DNA of 63,895 nt, filler included, from Reticulomyxa filosa (Eukaryota > Protista > Foraminifera): NCBI GenBank assembly GCA_000512085.1. It is 25 parts of 25 records of this genome, joined end to end, with 100 filler letters (N's around TTAATTAATTAA, not from the genome) between each part and the next. Parts side by side here need not be neighbours in the genome. Positions count along the whole stretch, not along the records: positions 50,217 to 51,700 come from ASPP01035777.1; positions 51,801 to 54,901 come from ASPP01019552.1; positions 55,002 to 57,127 come from ASPP01014867.1; positions 57,228 to 58,334 come from ASPP01040714.1; positions 58,435 to 59,620 come from ASPP01027227.1; positions 59,721 to 60,952 come from ASPP01048048.1; positions 61,053 to 62,085 come from ASPP01002424.1; positions 62,186 to 63,895 come from ASPP01024665.1; 17 more parts are not named here. One strand, 5' to 3'. Below are positions 51,262-63,895 of this stretch, piece by piece. Positions within the stretch are counted from its first letter, which is position 1. The number at the start of each line of letters is the position of its first letter. The position numbers and the translations under genes are program-made. Under the pieces are notes generated by a model that searched no databases, was not told where the DNA came from, and was given only the letters and a program-made list of their open reading frames with translations.

Positions 51262-51800
51262 GCCAATATCGGTCAGTGGTGCATAATATATTTTTTCTTC
51301 ATTGCTATCATACACAACACTAAAATTTGTTAACGTTGATCATGTATTGCAAAGGGGGGGAAAACAAAAAAATGGTTTGTTAGAATCAAGAAATAATGTG
51401 ATCTTCCGAATGACGGAATAAGTGCTTATTCTGATCTCAAGCGCATCAAAAACAAAAAAATATCAAATATTTTATAGTGGTGCTATCTAAAAAAAAGATA
51501 ACGGTAATTGAAATCATTTTTGTTCCAATCAAACTACTGTAATCGAAACATAGTTTGATGATACAGATTAATACCATTACCACTTTCTTCATGCTTTTGA
51601 TTTTTTTTTCCTTAATGCAATATTCTAACATCTTGTTTAAAATATCTTTTCTATTGTATACATTCTTTTCTGTTATACGTTATCCTTCTTGTCATCTACT
51701 NNNNNNNNNNNNNNNNNNNNNNNNNNNNNNNNNNNNNNNNNNNNTTAATTAATTAANNNNNNNNNNNNNNNNNNNNNNNNNNNNNNNNNNNNNNNNNNNN

Positions 51801-54103
51801 AATAATAATAATAATATTTCATTTAATATGCTTTCTGAAATGTCTATTTTATGTGGTGATTGGTTACAAATTAATGAATCTAAAGAACCTTCTATTATTA
51901 TTCAATATTATAGAGATTCTGTTAAATATCAACCAAAATTTGAAAAATCTTTTTTTAAATTAGCTACTTATATGGATATTTTATGGCAACGTTCTCTTAC
52001 ATATGTTTATATTTTTTATACAAAACAATCTCAAAAATATAAACATTCTTTACAAGAAAATCAACATTATATTGGTGGTTCTGATAAAAATCCTATTGAT
52101 ATGAATTGTTTAGATTTTAAACATTCTATAGAAGGTATTCCATGGGAATATTTAATTCATGAAAATATTATATCACAATTATCAGAATTACTTTTACAAT
52201 ATATGCAATCATTACAATATGGACATATACATTTATTTCAAACATTACCACGTATATTAACACTTTGGTTTGATTATGGTAATATATTAAATTATACATA
52301 TTTAATGCAACAAAATTCATTAAATAAAAAAAAAAATCTTATTATGGTAATATTTTAAAAGAAAATTGGCCTAATGATTTCTTAAAATGGATACATATTA
52401 TACCAATATATCAATGGATGGCTGTTATGCCAATTATTATTAGTCAATCTTTAGATACTTCTAAACATATTATGGAAATAGTTAATCAAATTATTATAAT
52501 AACATCTTTACAATATCCTCATCAAACATTTTGGATGATATCTATGCTTTTATCTACTATTGAAATTACAATATCTGTTAAAAAAGATGCAAATAAAAGA
52601 ATAATGGAATTATTAAAAAAAACAATAATAGAATCATCAAAATCAAATAATATAAAAGGACAAATAATGAATATAGTATTACAACAAATGTGTACATTAT
52701 TAAATCAATTACCAATATTAGTACCAGAAATAATAGAAAAAAATTCTTCTACACGTTCTTCTACTATAATAAAATCTTCTACATTTAATCTTCCTAATGT
52801 TATGAAAACAACTACTAATTGGAATATAATTGTACCTAATCTAGATTATTTATTACCTTCTCTTCCTCCATCTGGTTTAACTGATATAAATTGGGAAACA
52901 TATAATGAACAATTAATTTTAATTCATTCATTTAGTAATAATGTAATAACTATGAATTCACAAGCAAGACCTAAAAAAATTACTTGTATTGGTAATAATG
53001 GTGAAACATATTCATTTTTAGTTAAACGTGAAATTCGTGGTGATATGAGAAAAGATCAAAGAACTATGGAAATATGTGCTGTTATAAATAGATTATTTAA
53101 TATTAATTCAGAAGCAAGAAAAAGAAATATTAAATTATTAACATATTCTGTTATACCAATAAATGAAAGAGTTGCTATTGTACAATGGGTAGAAAAAGTA
53201 GAAACATTAAGAAAATTAATTATAGAAACACATTTATTTGATATAGAAGCTTTTGGTGATTCTACAAAAATAATTGATAGAACAAATATTTTACGTACTG
53301 ATTTACAATCTATACAATTAGAATATAATGAAAAAAAAATTAATGAAATACAATTATCTAAAAAATTTATTTATGAAATATTACAATATTCACCTATTGT
53401 TTTTCATAAATGGTTTGAAAGAAATTGGATTACATCATCACAATGGATTGAATCAAGATCTTTATATACTAGAAGTTATGCTGCATGGTCTATGGTTGGA
53501 TTTATGTTAGCATTAGGTGATAGACATTTAGAAAATATTATGATTCATACTAATACTGGTGAATGTGTTAATATTGATTTTGATTGTCTTTTTGATAAAG
53601 CTAAATCATTTAAAGTTCCAGAACAAGTACCATTTAGATTAACACGTAATATAATTGATGGTTTTGGTATATGTGGTATTGAAGGTGTATTTAGACGATC
53701 TTGTGAAATTGTATTACATATTTTACGAGAAAATAAAGATGTTATTTTAAATACATTACATTCCTTTGTTTATGATCCACTTATTGATCATAATATGATG
53801 CAATCTTTTATTATTCAACAAAGTTCTTATAATTGTTATGCTAATGAAGATATACATGTTACTAGAGCACCTTCTGATCAACAATTAAATAAAGAAGCAG
53901 AAGCAGCAAAAACATGTTTATATAATGTTAAATTAAGATTAAATGGTCATGTTGCAGTACGAAAACCAAATTATCCATGTCCTGTTTATGATAGTACCAG
54001 TATTGCTTTAAGTGTTCAAGGACAAGTTCAACAATTAATTGATCAAGCTACAGAAATAAATGCATTATCCAAAATGTTTCCTGGATGGATGCCATTTTTA
54101 TAA
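51801..54103 (+). CDS. ATR: ATR-like PIKK serine/threonine kinase (FAT end, kinase, FATC), 5' partial
   Basis: FQTLPRILTLWFDYG, SQARPKKI, GDMRKDQRTME, YTRSYAAWSMVGFMLALGDRHLENI, IDFDCLF, VPEQVPFRLTRN, LSVQGQVQQLIDQAT..MFPGWMPFL*; one A-run frameshift near 52335. Confidence 0.92.
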
Positions 54104-54325
54104 CCTTTTTTTTTAAAAAAAATTATTTAAGTTGGTTTAAAAAAAAAAGTTTGAAGAAAAGAGAATTTGGGACTAATATCTTATTATTTTTTTTAATCTA
54201 AAGAGAAGAAGATTTGGAGTTCATTGTGATATATGTATATATTCACATTGCAATCAGTTGTAAATGGATAAACTCTAACAAATAATCATGATAAATGCTT
54301 GAAACAGTAAAAGAGATTCATACAT

Positions 54326-54901
54326 TTATTCCAGATCTACTTGAGTGGTTGGTAAGACTTGTGCATCAACAATATGAATTTGAGTATTTATAAGATGTGA
54401 CTCTAGGCTCGGATTTGTAAGTCTTGCCATTTCTTCAACTGTAGAGTCTTTTTCAATATCGTCAAGTAACGATAGATCACGTTTGTTTTCTCTATTATTT
54501 TCATCCCATTTCTCAATGCATCGATGGGTTTGACCATGTTGTTTCGGATAATGGCCAATTAATGGAACAACACAAGTCTCACCATTATCTGATTCACATT
54601 CGTAACCAGTTTCACATAGTTCGACAATAGGTAACAACCATTGCCACCATTTCTGACCAAATACGTCACGAAAGTTTTCTTTTCCTGTTTTCTTTCGAAA
54701 CGAGGACTCTTCCTTTTTTTTTTTTTTTTAATGTTCATTTTTTTATTTCTCCAACATAAAGACACATAAACCACAAAACTCGATTTTTCAAATTTTCCAA
54801 AGTAGTCTTATTTTGACACAATAAATGAACATGAAATGCAAAAAAGGCACCAACTGACAAACTGAACGAAAGCGTAATGAATAGACTTAATGTGGCCCAA
54901 G
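54326..54901 (-). CDS. DHHC palmitoyltransferase, 3' fragment
   Basis: TM4 then FHVHLLCQNKTTLE (TTxE motif); next exon KENFRDVFGQKWWQWLLPI (PaCCT motif). Confidence 0.85.
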
Positions 54902-55001
54902 NNNNNNNNNNNNNNNNNNNNNNNNNNNNNNNNNNNNNNNNNNNNTTAATTAATTAANNNNNNNNNNNNNNNNNNNNNNNNNNNNNNNNNNNNNNNNNNN
55001 N

Positions 55002-55171
55002 ATGGGCTGTCATCACTTGTTTCTTCAGCGTGTTTTTTTTTCTTATTTTGATAATATATGACGAATTTTTAAACCGCTACACATATTGCCTCATTCCTTT
55101 CTATTTCGCCTTTGTCATTATCGCTAGTCTTTTCGTTGCTGTGCTTGTAATTCTTTTTGGAATCATGTTCA

Positions 55172-55202
<31 letters not shown>

Positions 55203-56320
55203 TTGTATTTGTATTTGTATTTATATTTATATTTATATTTATACTTCTCGTCGATTACTTATTATTTTTTTATCTGTCGAAAAAAAAAAAGTATGGAGGT
55301 AGCTCATTGGAGTATCCTTGCGATTGCTGTTCAATACACATTGACAATACGCATTTGCATCCGTTTAATTTTTTTTTTTTTTTGCCCAGCGCTGTCTGTT
55401 TGTTTTTTAATGAAGAAAGAAACAAAATAGGAAAAAAAAAACAAAACAAAAGGTAACAATAAAGACAATGAGACATTGCAAAACTTGCTATCATTTTTGC
55501 TAGAGGGACCCGATATAGATTTACGTGTGGCATGTGCGAATCATATGTTTAGTTTTGCCAATGCTTACTTGGATGAAGAAGTTAACACTTTGTATAGTCG
55601 TGTTACTTTGAAGAATTTGAGACAAGTTTGCCGATCCTCTCTCACTCAAAGTTATTATTATTATTATTTTTTTTAATGAAAACTTATTTTATGGTTTTTG
55701 TTCGAGAAGAAGATATAAAAATGGGAAATATTGATGATAGGCATTTTACATAATTATTTATGGTTATGGGAAGATGTAAAAAACAATATTCATTTTTTTA
55801 GTAGGTATCCGCATGAATATTTTATTATTGCTGGTGTGTTTGGAATGACATTTGTATTTGGTCCTCTTTATTTTTTATCTCGTTTATTGAACTTCTTTTT
55901 TCCGATTATTTTTATTGCTTACGTCTCTTGGTTTGGCTTGTGGTCGCACATTCAAACATTATACGTTATTATAATTTGCATTTACTTTGGCTTATTATTT
56001 TGTTGCTGTTTGTCCATAATTCCGGTCGTCAGAATCCACTATTTCCTATGGTTAATTTTTTTTCTTTTTTAATCAAAAAGAAATTTTATTTTGATTTGTT
56101 TTGTTCTGTTCTGTTCTGTTTTGTTTTGATAAGGCACATTAAACCTAGTTCCGGACGCATTATCCTTCAATCAGATTTATTTCCAGGTGTTAAGAGACGA
56201 TACAATTTGATAAAAACTTTACCCATTCGAAAACAATTGTTAATTGACCTTTTTGGAAAAGATATAAGTAGTATTGTCAATAGCTATTTACCAACATTTA
56301 CTGACGATAATGATCAATGA
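55002..56320 (+). CDS. Multi-pass membrane protein, 3' fragment, multi-exon
   Basis: Hydrophobic exons (55002-55165, 55731-56050) and last exon ending ..LLIDLFGKDISSIVNSYLPTFTDDNDQ*. Confidence 0.6.
55170..55243. repeat. Intronic (AT)n/(ATATTT)n/(ATTTGT)n microsatellite
   Basis: Directly visible. Confidence 0.9.
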
Positions 56321-57512
56321 AAACAAAAAGCGTTATTTGAGGAAGCTAATAAAACTGAAAAATTAATAAGCTGTGTCACATGTTGGTAATTGATGTAAAT
56401 AATAAACATTTGCAACAATTTTGTTAAACGCATTCAATTACTCAATTTAATGTGCAAAAGCAATAAACCAATTTGAATTGCTTTTTTTCATCAACAAAAT
56501 AATAAATCTTATTTTAATAAAAATTAATGAAATAAAAATTCAAATAAAGACTGTGCAATGCAAAATATACTTAACATTTAAAAAGGTAAGTTATTTCTTT
56601 TGATTTACTAGCTTTTGAATAATTGCAAATCAAAAATTCAACGAGAAAAACGCTTGAAATAAATATGCTATTTAGCGTAAGAAATTTGTTTCACTTAATT
56701 CACTCAAAAGAATAATATGTATTGAAACAAAGTCAACACAATTGGCATTGGTATTACAAGCTTTTCAAATTTTTTTTGTTGTATTTATTGCAGTAATTGT
56801 TATTAAAACAGTCCGAAAAAAAAAAGATTGATACCTTACGCATGCTTACCTAAATACGGAACAATAAGATAAAAGCAAATAAGTTAGTTTTAAAAAAATT
56901 AAAGTTTATTAGTTTTTTTTCTCAAAGAAAAAGGTTGTCCAAAAAAAATTTTGAATAAAAGCATATGCAAATGGATTCAGGTTTTGTAAATAATTTTTTT
57001 TCTTTAAACACTGTTTTTGCAAATGTTGAATAAAAATAACAAAAAGGAGTTAATCACAATGATGGATTAACAGTGATTGAGCGTCCAAGCGAGAGAGAAT
57101 TAGAAAAGTTATTTTTTCTTTAAGCAANNNNNNNNNNNNNNNNNNNNNNNNNNNNNNNNNNNNNNNNNNNNTTAATTAATTAANNNNNNNNNNNNNNNNN
57201 NNNNNNNNNNNNNNNNNNNNNNNNNNNAAAAAAAAGTGTTAGTACAATCCATTGAAAAAGGGATTTGGAACAATGGATTTTTTGGGTTTTCAGCTGCCTT
57301 ACTTTTAGGTCATGATGTATATCGTATGGGTTTTTAACCTAACATAGTGCCAGCCCATAGACTCTCATAGCCTATGATGGTACCTATGAGACGCCCCAAA
57401 GACTTAGATACCAACAAAAGAAAAGAAAATAAATATTAAAAAAAAAAAAAGCACAAAGAGATAAGTTATATATAAAAATCATCTCTTTAAGCCCTTTCAA
57501 AAAAAAGCGAGT

Positions 57513-58272
57513 TTACAACTCTTCGTCACTCAAATTGGCAAACTCATCAACGACAGGGAAATCTCCAACTTCGATCTGGTCAGGTCGCAGAAATTCTCCA
57601 TATTTGCCCTGGCACTCAAAGTACGTTTTTCCACTCACACTGATTGTGATCAAACAACAACAGCAAAAAAAAAAAAAAGTTCACAAGGGGATCTAGACCT
57701 AGACCTAAGAGAAAAACAAAAAAACCAAAAAAAAAAAGGGGGAAGGGGGAGAAAAAAATGATAAAAAAAACCTGCAGTCATATTTGCCATGAGGCTCGTC
57801 CAATTCAACACCAACACAAGTAAACTTGCCCAAAGGAGGTACCGTGTCAATGTATCGAATGGTGCCATTGGGCTTCAAAGAATGTTTGGACAGCTGACAA
57901 CGATTACTGACTTTCAAGTCTTTGGCCAAGTTTTCGTAGTTCTGTTTTTGCTCCTTTTTTTTTTTGGCAAAGTGCTCTTTCAAGTGCGTCTCCTTGAATT
58001 TCTTGAACGAGTCAGAACGCTCGTCGTGCTTCTTCTCGTCAATATCTTGTACGCCGTCGTCGTGGCCGTACCTTTATTCAACGAATCCAACATCCCCACC
58101 ACCCCTTTGTTCGGATTCGTGTCCACGCAGTGAACGTTGTCCAGGTCGGACAATCCAAAGTCCTTCAGCTGCGCCGTATCGGGTTGCAATGTGGCTATCA
58201 CCTCGTTACTGTTGCTTCGGTGCTGCAGTATCATATCTGACGGGCTGGTCCCAACGATCATTTCCAATTTGC
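57513..58272 (-). pseudogene. TBCB: Tubulin-folding cofactor B-like (UBL + CAP-Gly), probably degenerate
   Basis: KLEMIVGTSPSDMIL..VHCVDTNP; [49 protein letters not shown]; non-homopolymer frameshift near 58045 and GKNDG changed to GKYDC. Confidence 0.85.
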
Positions 58273-59919
58273 CCTTTTTTTTTTTAATACATACATAAAT
58301 ACACTTTTTCTTGTCAAAACACCCTCCTCCTTTTNNNNNNNNNNNNNNNNNNNNNNNNNNNNNNNNNNNNNNNNNNNNTTAATTAATTAANNNNNNNNNN
58401 NNNNNNNNNNNNNNNNNNNNNNNNNNNNNNNNNNGACAAGAAGTAGATCATACGATGGAACAGAACTCAGAAATGGGTCTCATCGAACAAAGAGAGCTGT
58501 CTCGAAATGACGAAATTGAAGAGATTTTAAAGAAAATGAAGCATCAGATGATGTCAACACAAATGACGTGGATACATCCAACGACATTGATGGAAGTGAA
58601 TCTCCAATCAAATCCAAGACAAGCATTTCCCATGATCACAATATTTCTCCTATTCAATTGGAATTGCACATAATCTTTTAAGCTTAATGCTATCGCTTTC
58701 ACTTTTTTCAATAATTCTATTATCTCTCTCATTCATTTTTTTATACATATGTTTTTACATTCACATTCATCTCATATCTTTTATGAGTTACATATCTACC
58801 AATGACAATGAATATTTATTTGTACAATCATCACTTAACATTGCAAATCATAAATGTGATTTTTCATTTTATTCCATATTTTTCCTTTTATTGAATACTT
58901 ATACATCACCATCTGTTCCTTCAAATAAAAATATAAAATCATAAATTGGTAATTTGATTAATAATCATGTGTTAAGACAAAATAATATGAAATGATTAAT
59001 TATCTTCTCATTATTCATTGCCAATTTCATAAAATAGTGATATTCAATTTAAAATTTATGTTCTTCTATTGATATTATGTCATTTTATATTCCATTCAAT
59101 CATTACTTCAAATCACGCACTCCTTTTCCAATATTGGTATGATCATATTATTTCAGAATTACAGATATGTATTTTACATTTTAGTTCATCACAAACGTAT
59201 ATTTGATATGTCTCATTTCCTTTTAAATGCCCCACACCTGTCATAGAATTCTCTTCATGTATGAATTGAATGCATTCAATGATGTGGAGATTTGTTTTTT
59301 TGATAAACATAGAATATCAAACTAGTACTATAAGATATAGTCATAGAAATTAGATTGCAAAACATAAAATGTAATTTGAATAATTGTCTGTCTCAAGTAA
59401 TTATATTGTGCTACAGCACCATTACATTTCTATCGAATTCATCTGTATAAAATTCTTTTTTAATTGGGATAAAAGTTAATAATGGTTTTTTGGCTTTCTG
59501 TTTTGCACATTTTTTAAAGTATTTGATAAATAGAAATAAATACCGCTTTGAATATTTCAATCCAAATGGAATATGTTGCATTTTCACAAATCATTGATAT
59601 AAATTTGCTAAAGTTGAAAANNNNNNNNNNNNNNNNNNNNNNNNNNNNNNNNNNNNNNNNNNNNTTAATTAATTAANNNNNNNNNNNNNNNNNNNNNNNN
59701 NNNNNNNNNNNNNNNNNNNNAACATATTTTATTTGCCGATTTGTTATTACTGATCTTTGAATAACAAATAATTATTTTTTTCCCCATCAAATATTCAAGA
59801 AGTATTGATAACTTTAAAAAAAACAAAGAGAATATAACTTTGAAATTGTTCACTAACCAATTTTTTTTTACATTGAACAAAACAAACAAAAAAACATATG
59901 ATAAACAAAAATCGTTGCA

Positions 59920-60750
59920 TTATTTTCTGGACTTGTTTTTTCTCTTGGAGGATCTAATAACAAATCCACACATTACAATAGCCTTGATTGTGATAACGAC
60001 TTGTTGAGTGAAAAGGTATTTGGCAGAAGGAGAGAGTCTTTGCCAAGGAGTAAGCCAATGATCTTCCTTGCGATGAAAACAATAATGTAGAGCATATTGC
60101 CAGCCTCCAATTTGGCCTTCCTCGAGCCAAATTTCATGAAGGAACTTTGCGCAAGAGGGAATAAGTGCGATGACCATTCTCGGGATGGCAAATTGTTCCA
60201 ATCTGGAGTCAAGCCAATGCGTTCCCTCTGCGGAGAACATTTCCGGTGTGCGTTTGTCCTCTTTGTTACCACCACCCGCAGTTGTGAATCCATTAAACTG
60301 TTGGATGCGGGTTTCCAAATGTTTCATTTGTGTGGCCATATCGGTCTTTATGTCATTAATATGTCTCAAAAGTTCGGACCCTTTCAAATATTATTATTAT
60401 TATTATTTTTATTTTTTTAAAGAAAAAGTTGAAAAATGCTTTTTTTTAAAAAAAAAATGAACCTTTTTCTTTTAATGAAGGATGCGCCAAAGCTTCAGAG
60501 GAAGCAAGACCATTAATCAGATCTTTGGTGGTGATGCATTGTTCACTGAGGGATTTGAAGTGGCTATCTTTCTTTGAGATGAACAGCTCCCACGCGTTGG
60601 CAACTTTGTCCGTCGATTGCAATTTGGCCTTCGTTTTCCAATCGATGACATTGGTCTTTGCCGATTCTTCTATCTTTGTCTTCCGACCGTCTTCCACCTC
60701 CTTTAACGATTTGTTGCGCTTCAACACGTAATTGAATAAAAACATTCTCG
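59920..60750 (-). CDS. Coiled-coil protein ending in a RyR repeat domain, 3' fragment
   Basis: AKFLHEIWLEEGQIGGWQY...KEDHWLTPWQRLSPSAK..ITIKAIVMCGFVI matches the RyR repeat (A..H..W....GW.YG...K.HP.L.PY..L...K...T.K.....G..I). Confidence 0.75.
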
Positions 60751-61360
60751 ACTAAACTAATAATGTTTTTTTTTATTGAAAATGTGTCCAATATCAATAT
60801 TGTGTTGATCCAACAAAATATATTTTCGTGGATCCACATTTTGTAATTAACTATTTTTTTTTGCTTATTATTGACTACCATAACCATCATACGCAAAATA
60901 ACATTAATCAATAAAACGATAATATCTATTGACGCAATTACATACAAAAAATNNNNNNNNNNNNNNNNNNNNNNNNNNNNNNNNNNNNNNNNNNNNTTAA
61001 TTAATTAANNNNNNNNNNNNNNNNNNNNNNNNNNNNNNNNNNNNNNNNNNNNTGCAAATCACAATATGTTGGCGTACACACTACGTCGTTTGTTGTGGCA
61101 AACGCGCTCGTCAACTTTTCAAAATTTGCTTGTTTATAAAATCCAAAATAGCGTTGTAGCCTCTTTAAGTGTTTTCAGTGTGATGTCACAATCACAAAAA
61201 CCAACACTCAAAAGTATGTAAACGAAGGACTCTTGTTGGAGATAATGGCAATTGGAGGGTTTATTTCAAAATTCGCTCAAAAAAAAACCGCCACAAACGG
61301 TTTAGACGCTAGAGGGGGGGAGACCAGATGGGAATTAAAAAAATTGAATAATTGGGAAAT

Positions 61361-62036
61361 ATGGGAAATGTTTGCAAATGCTTTCAAGGAGATAAAAGTG
61401 CTGATACATCAAGGTATAGCAACTGCGTTTTAATAAGTAAAATTTCGGAAAAAAGTTCTCTCACAAAAACAGGGAGCTTGACGAAGAGACGAAAGAGTTG
61501 TGGCGCCAGAGAAGATATCAAGTTAAAAAAAAAAAAGGAAAGGAGGACAAACATGTGAATGAATTATGTATGGTCAAATAGTACTTGTTTAAGCTTACAT
61601 ACATATGCAATATATGTACATATGTATATGTTACGTATACGTATTTTTAAAATAAAAAAAAAAAAAATTATGTGCAAAACCAACGGATGGAAGGGCGTGA
61701 AAGAATTGATCGAAACAGAGGAGAGGTATGTAACATTATTGGAGAAAACGATAATACATTACATGCGTCCAATGGACGAGCTGAGGACGGAAAAGTGGAA
61801 AGGACAAGTGATATCAGAGAACGAGCACAGACAGCTGTTTAGCGATTTGCAAATAATATTTTCATTGAACGAGCAGTTGTTGAAAGATATGAAGCAAAGG
61901 TTCGAAAACTGGGATAATGACAAATCTAAAATTGGTGATTTATTGCTTGACTTCATACCTTATTTTAAAATGTATCAAAACTATTTCAACAACTACGACA
62001 ATGTTAACACGTTATTACTCAAGCTCAACAACAAGC
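61361..62036 (+). CDS. Dbl-homology RhoGEF, 5' fragment, with N-terminal acylation motif
   Basis: VKELIETEERYVTLL..LFSDLQII..IGDLLLDFIPYFKMYQNYFNNY; first exon MGNVCKCF. Confidence 0.88.
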
Positions 62037-62233
62037 GTTCAGTTAAATGTTCAAAATAATTTTTTTATTTTATTTTTTTTATTAANNNNNNNNNNNNNNN
62101 NNNNNNNNNNNNNNNNNNNNNNNNNNNNNTTAATTAATTAANNNNNNNNNNNNNNNNNNNNNNNNNNNNNNNNNNNNNNNNNNNNTTGTCAAATCTGTTT
62201 TATACATGTTGGAATGTCAAATAATAAAAATAC

Positions 62234-62618
<385 letters not shown>

Positions 62619-63895
62619 ATCGCTTATTTTATGTTATGACTTGTGGGGGACAAAACTTTTGAAAAAATCGGCACTGCGACACTAAAAATGCAAAAAAAAA
62701 TATCACATTATTGTCTTTAAGTGCTAAGACCCGATAGTATGGAGGTAATGATACGTATTAATATGAATTGATTTCAGAAATCAATATTTGTATGTGTTTA
62801 TGAATATTAATTACTGGAAAATATAGATAAGCATAATTGCATAAAGCAAGGTTTATTGCAGCAAAGTAAATTTTTTTTACATAAAAAATTTATCAGTAAA
62901 AAAATTTCTTATAATATCTTTTTAAAATCTTTTGAAGAGATTCTTCAAAATTCTTTCAGATTCTGATGTATTTATAATATACTTAAAACATAACTATTTT
63001 CCAAAATTATATTGATGATAAATTGTATTAAAAAGGCTTTTTTGTTACTATTACGTTTTCGGCTAATTGTTTTTTTTAAAATTAATTTAAACATAATTCA
63101 TCATCGATATAAATTTTTGAAAAAAAAGTTGTACTTTGAAGGAAAATAATCACAAAACAACTATCTACTGCAACATCTAGCAGTACCTGAAAGAAGTTCG
63201 AAGTTAACATCGATTGTTAGCAACGATTGTCGTCTTCAACAAGATTGATGCGAAAACAGAAACAAAGACACAAAGAAATAATTTCAATTTCTGTCAAAAA
63301 AATTTTAAAAAATTGTTAAAAAGCTAATGAAAACTACTGACAACAAAATCCAAAATATAAATTTTTTTGAAAAAATTTGGAGTTGGAGACTATAACCTGG
63401 AAACCACTATAGCAATGTCTCTTTCCAGTTTATCAAATTGTTTGACAGGAATTGACGATACAGTATTTTCATCCAATTATAAGTTAAAGTACTTGGATCA
63501 AACTAGGTCATTACACCAAAAAATAAAATAAAACATAAAATTACAATAACAAAAGAAAATTTGTTCGAAATGGTTTCAAAAATTTGAAAAATATAGAAAA
63601 ATATCAAACTTTCCTTACATTTGCAACAATGAACTTTGCAAGTTCCTTGACAACTTTGATTCTTGTCTCCAATCACCAAAATTCTCAGGTTCGATGTCTT
63701 GAATTTGAAGAACAGCAATAATGTATTGATTTCTCGACATGAGTCTCTAAATCATTGATAATGTGGACAATTTCTTATTTCCCTTCACACTGTTACAATC
63801 TGGTGATAGCACTTGTTTTTTCTTGGTTTTAATGATAAATGCACGAAATGTGCAAATGTTGTTTATTGATTACTTTGTAAGACATTGTAATTTTA

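Larger units (their letters stand above)
3370..62185. other. 24 artificial contig-joining spacers (N44-TTAATTAATTAA-N44, 100 nt) starting at 3370, 4552, 14262, 20469, 22214, 24029, 26071, 27735, 28966, 30378, 35418, 36573, 38753, 41898, 43593, 48858, 50117, 51701, 54902, 57128, 58335, 59621, 60953, 62086
   Basis: Identical N-flanked six-frame stop linker at each position; not biological. Confidence 0.99.

Noticed and set aside
57300-57400. Short inverted repeats (CTCATAG...CTATGAG) and a box-C-like ATGATG as a snoRNA
   Set aside because: No convincing box D or terminal stem; compatible with chance
58435-59620. Possible RING/TRAF or transposase remnants
   Set aside because: Only scattered dipeptide-level hints amid many stops; no family can be supported
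3370-62185. Recurrent TTAATTAATTAA repeat as a CRISPR-like or biological repeat
   Set aside because: Always centred in N runs with fixed length; an artificial six-frame stop linker
63480-63895. Possible minus-strand exon remnants
   Set aside because: No continuous frame or recognisable motif

Overview
This window is not one locus. It is 25 short contigs joined by an artificial 100-nt spacer (N44-TTAATTAATTAA-N44). All contigs but one are AT-rich, intron-containing eukaryotic DNA. The gene content suggests a foraminiferan such as Reticulomyxa filosa (inferred from the Retaria-type divergent alpha-tubulin and the characteristic WD40 and Kelch-like families, not from a database search). One contig (48958-50116) is GC-rich bacterial DNA. 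Single-base indels in homopolymer runs are common, so many frameshifts are probably assembly errors. Recognisable genes: a PH-domain/Vps53-like fusion, a mitochondrion-targeted FZL/bacterial-dynamin-like GTPase, a His-rich single-TM mitochondrial protein, an Unkempt-type CCCH protein, a SAM protein, two WD40 genes, a Kelch-like gene, ATR, a DHHC palmitoyltransferase, a TBCB-like gene, a RyR-repeat protein, a RhoGEF, and an Arf GTPase missed by the ORF track. There are also pseudogenes (alpha-tubulin, RAP/RluA, Kelch, H4-like fold), Tc1 transposon relics and a CRE-like retroelement fragment. The best candidate for an undescribed system is a ~33-aa box (I..W.R.L.I.LGWIDDF..II..Y) encoded on its own ~100-nt exon. 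It is attached to the N-terminus of two different WD40 families and the C-terminus of a Kelch-like propeller, which is the architecture expected of an F-box/SOCS-box-like adaptor module. All assignments come from manual motif recognition; no searches were run.
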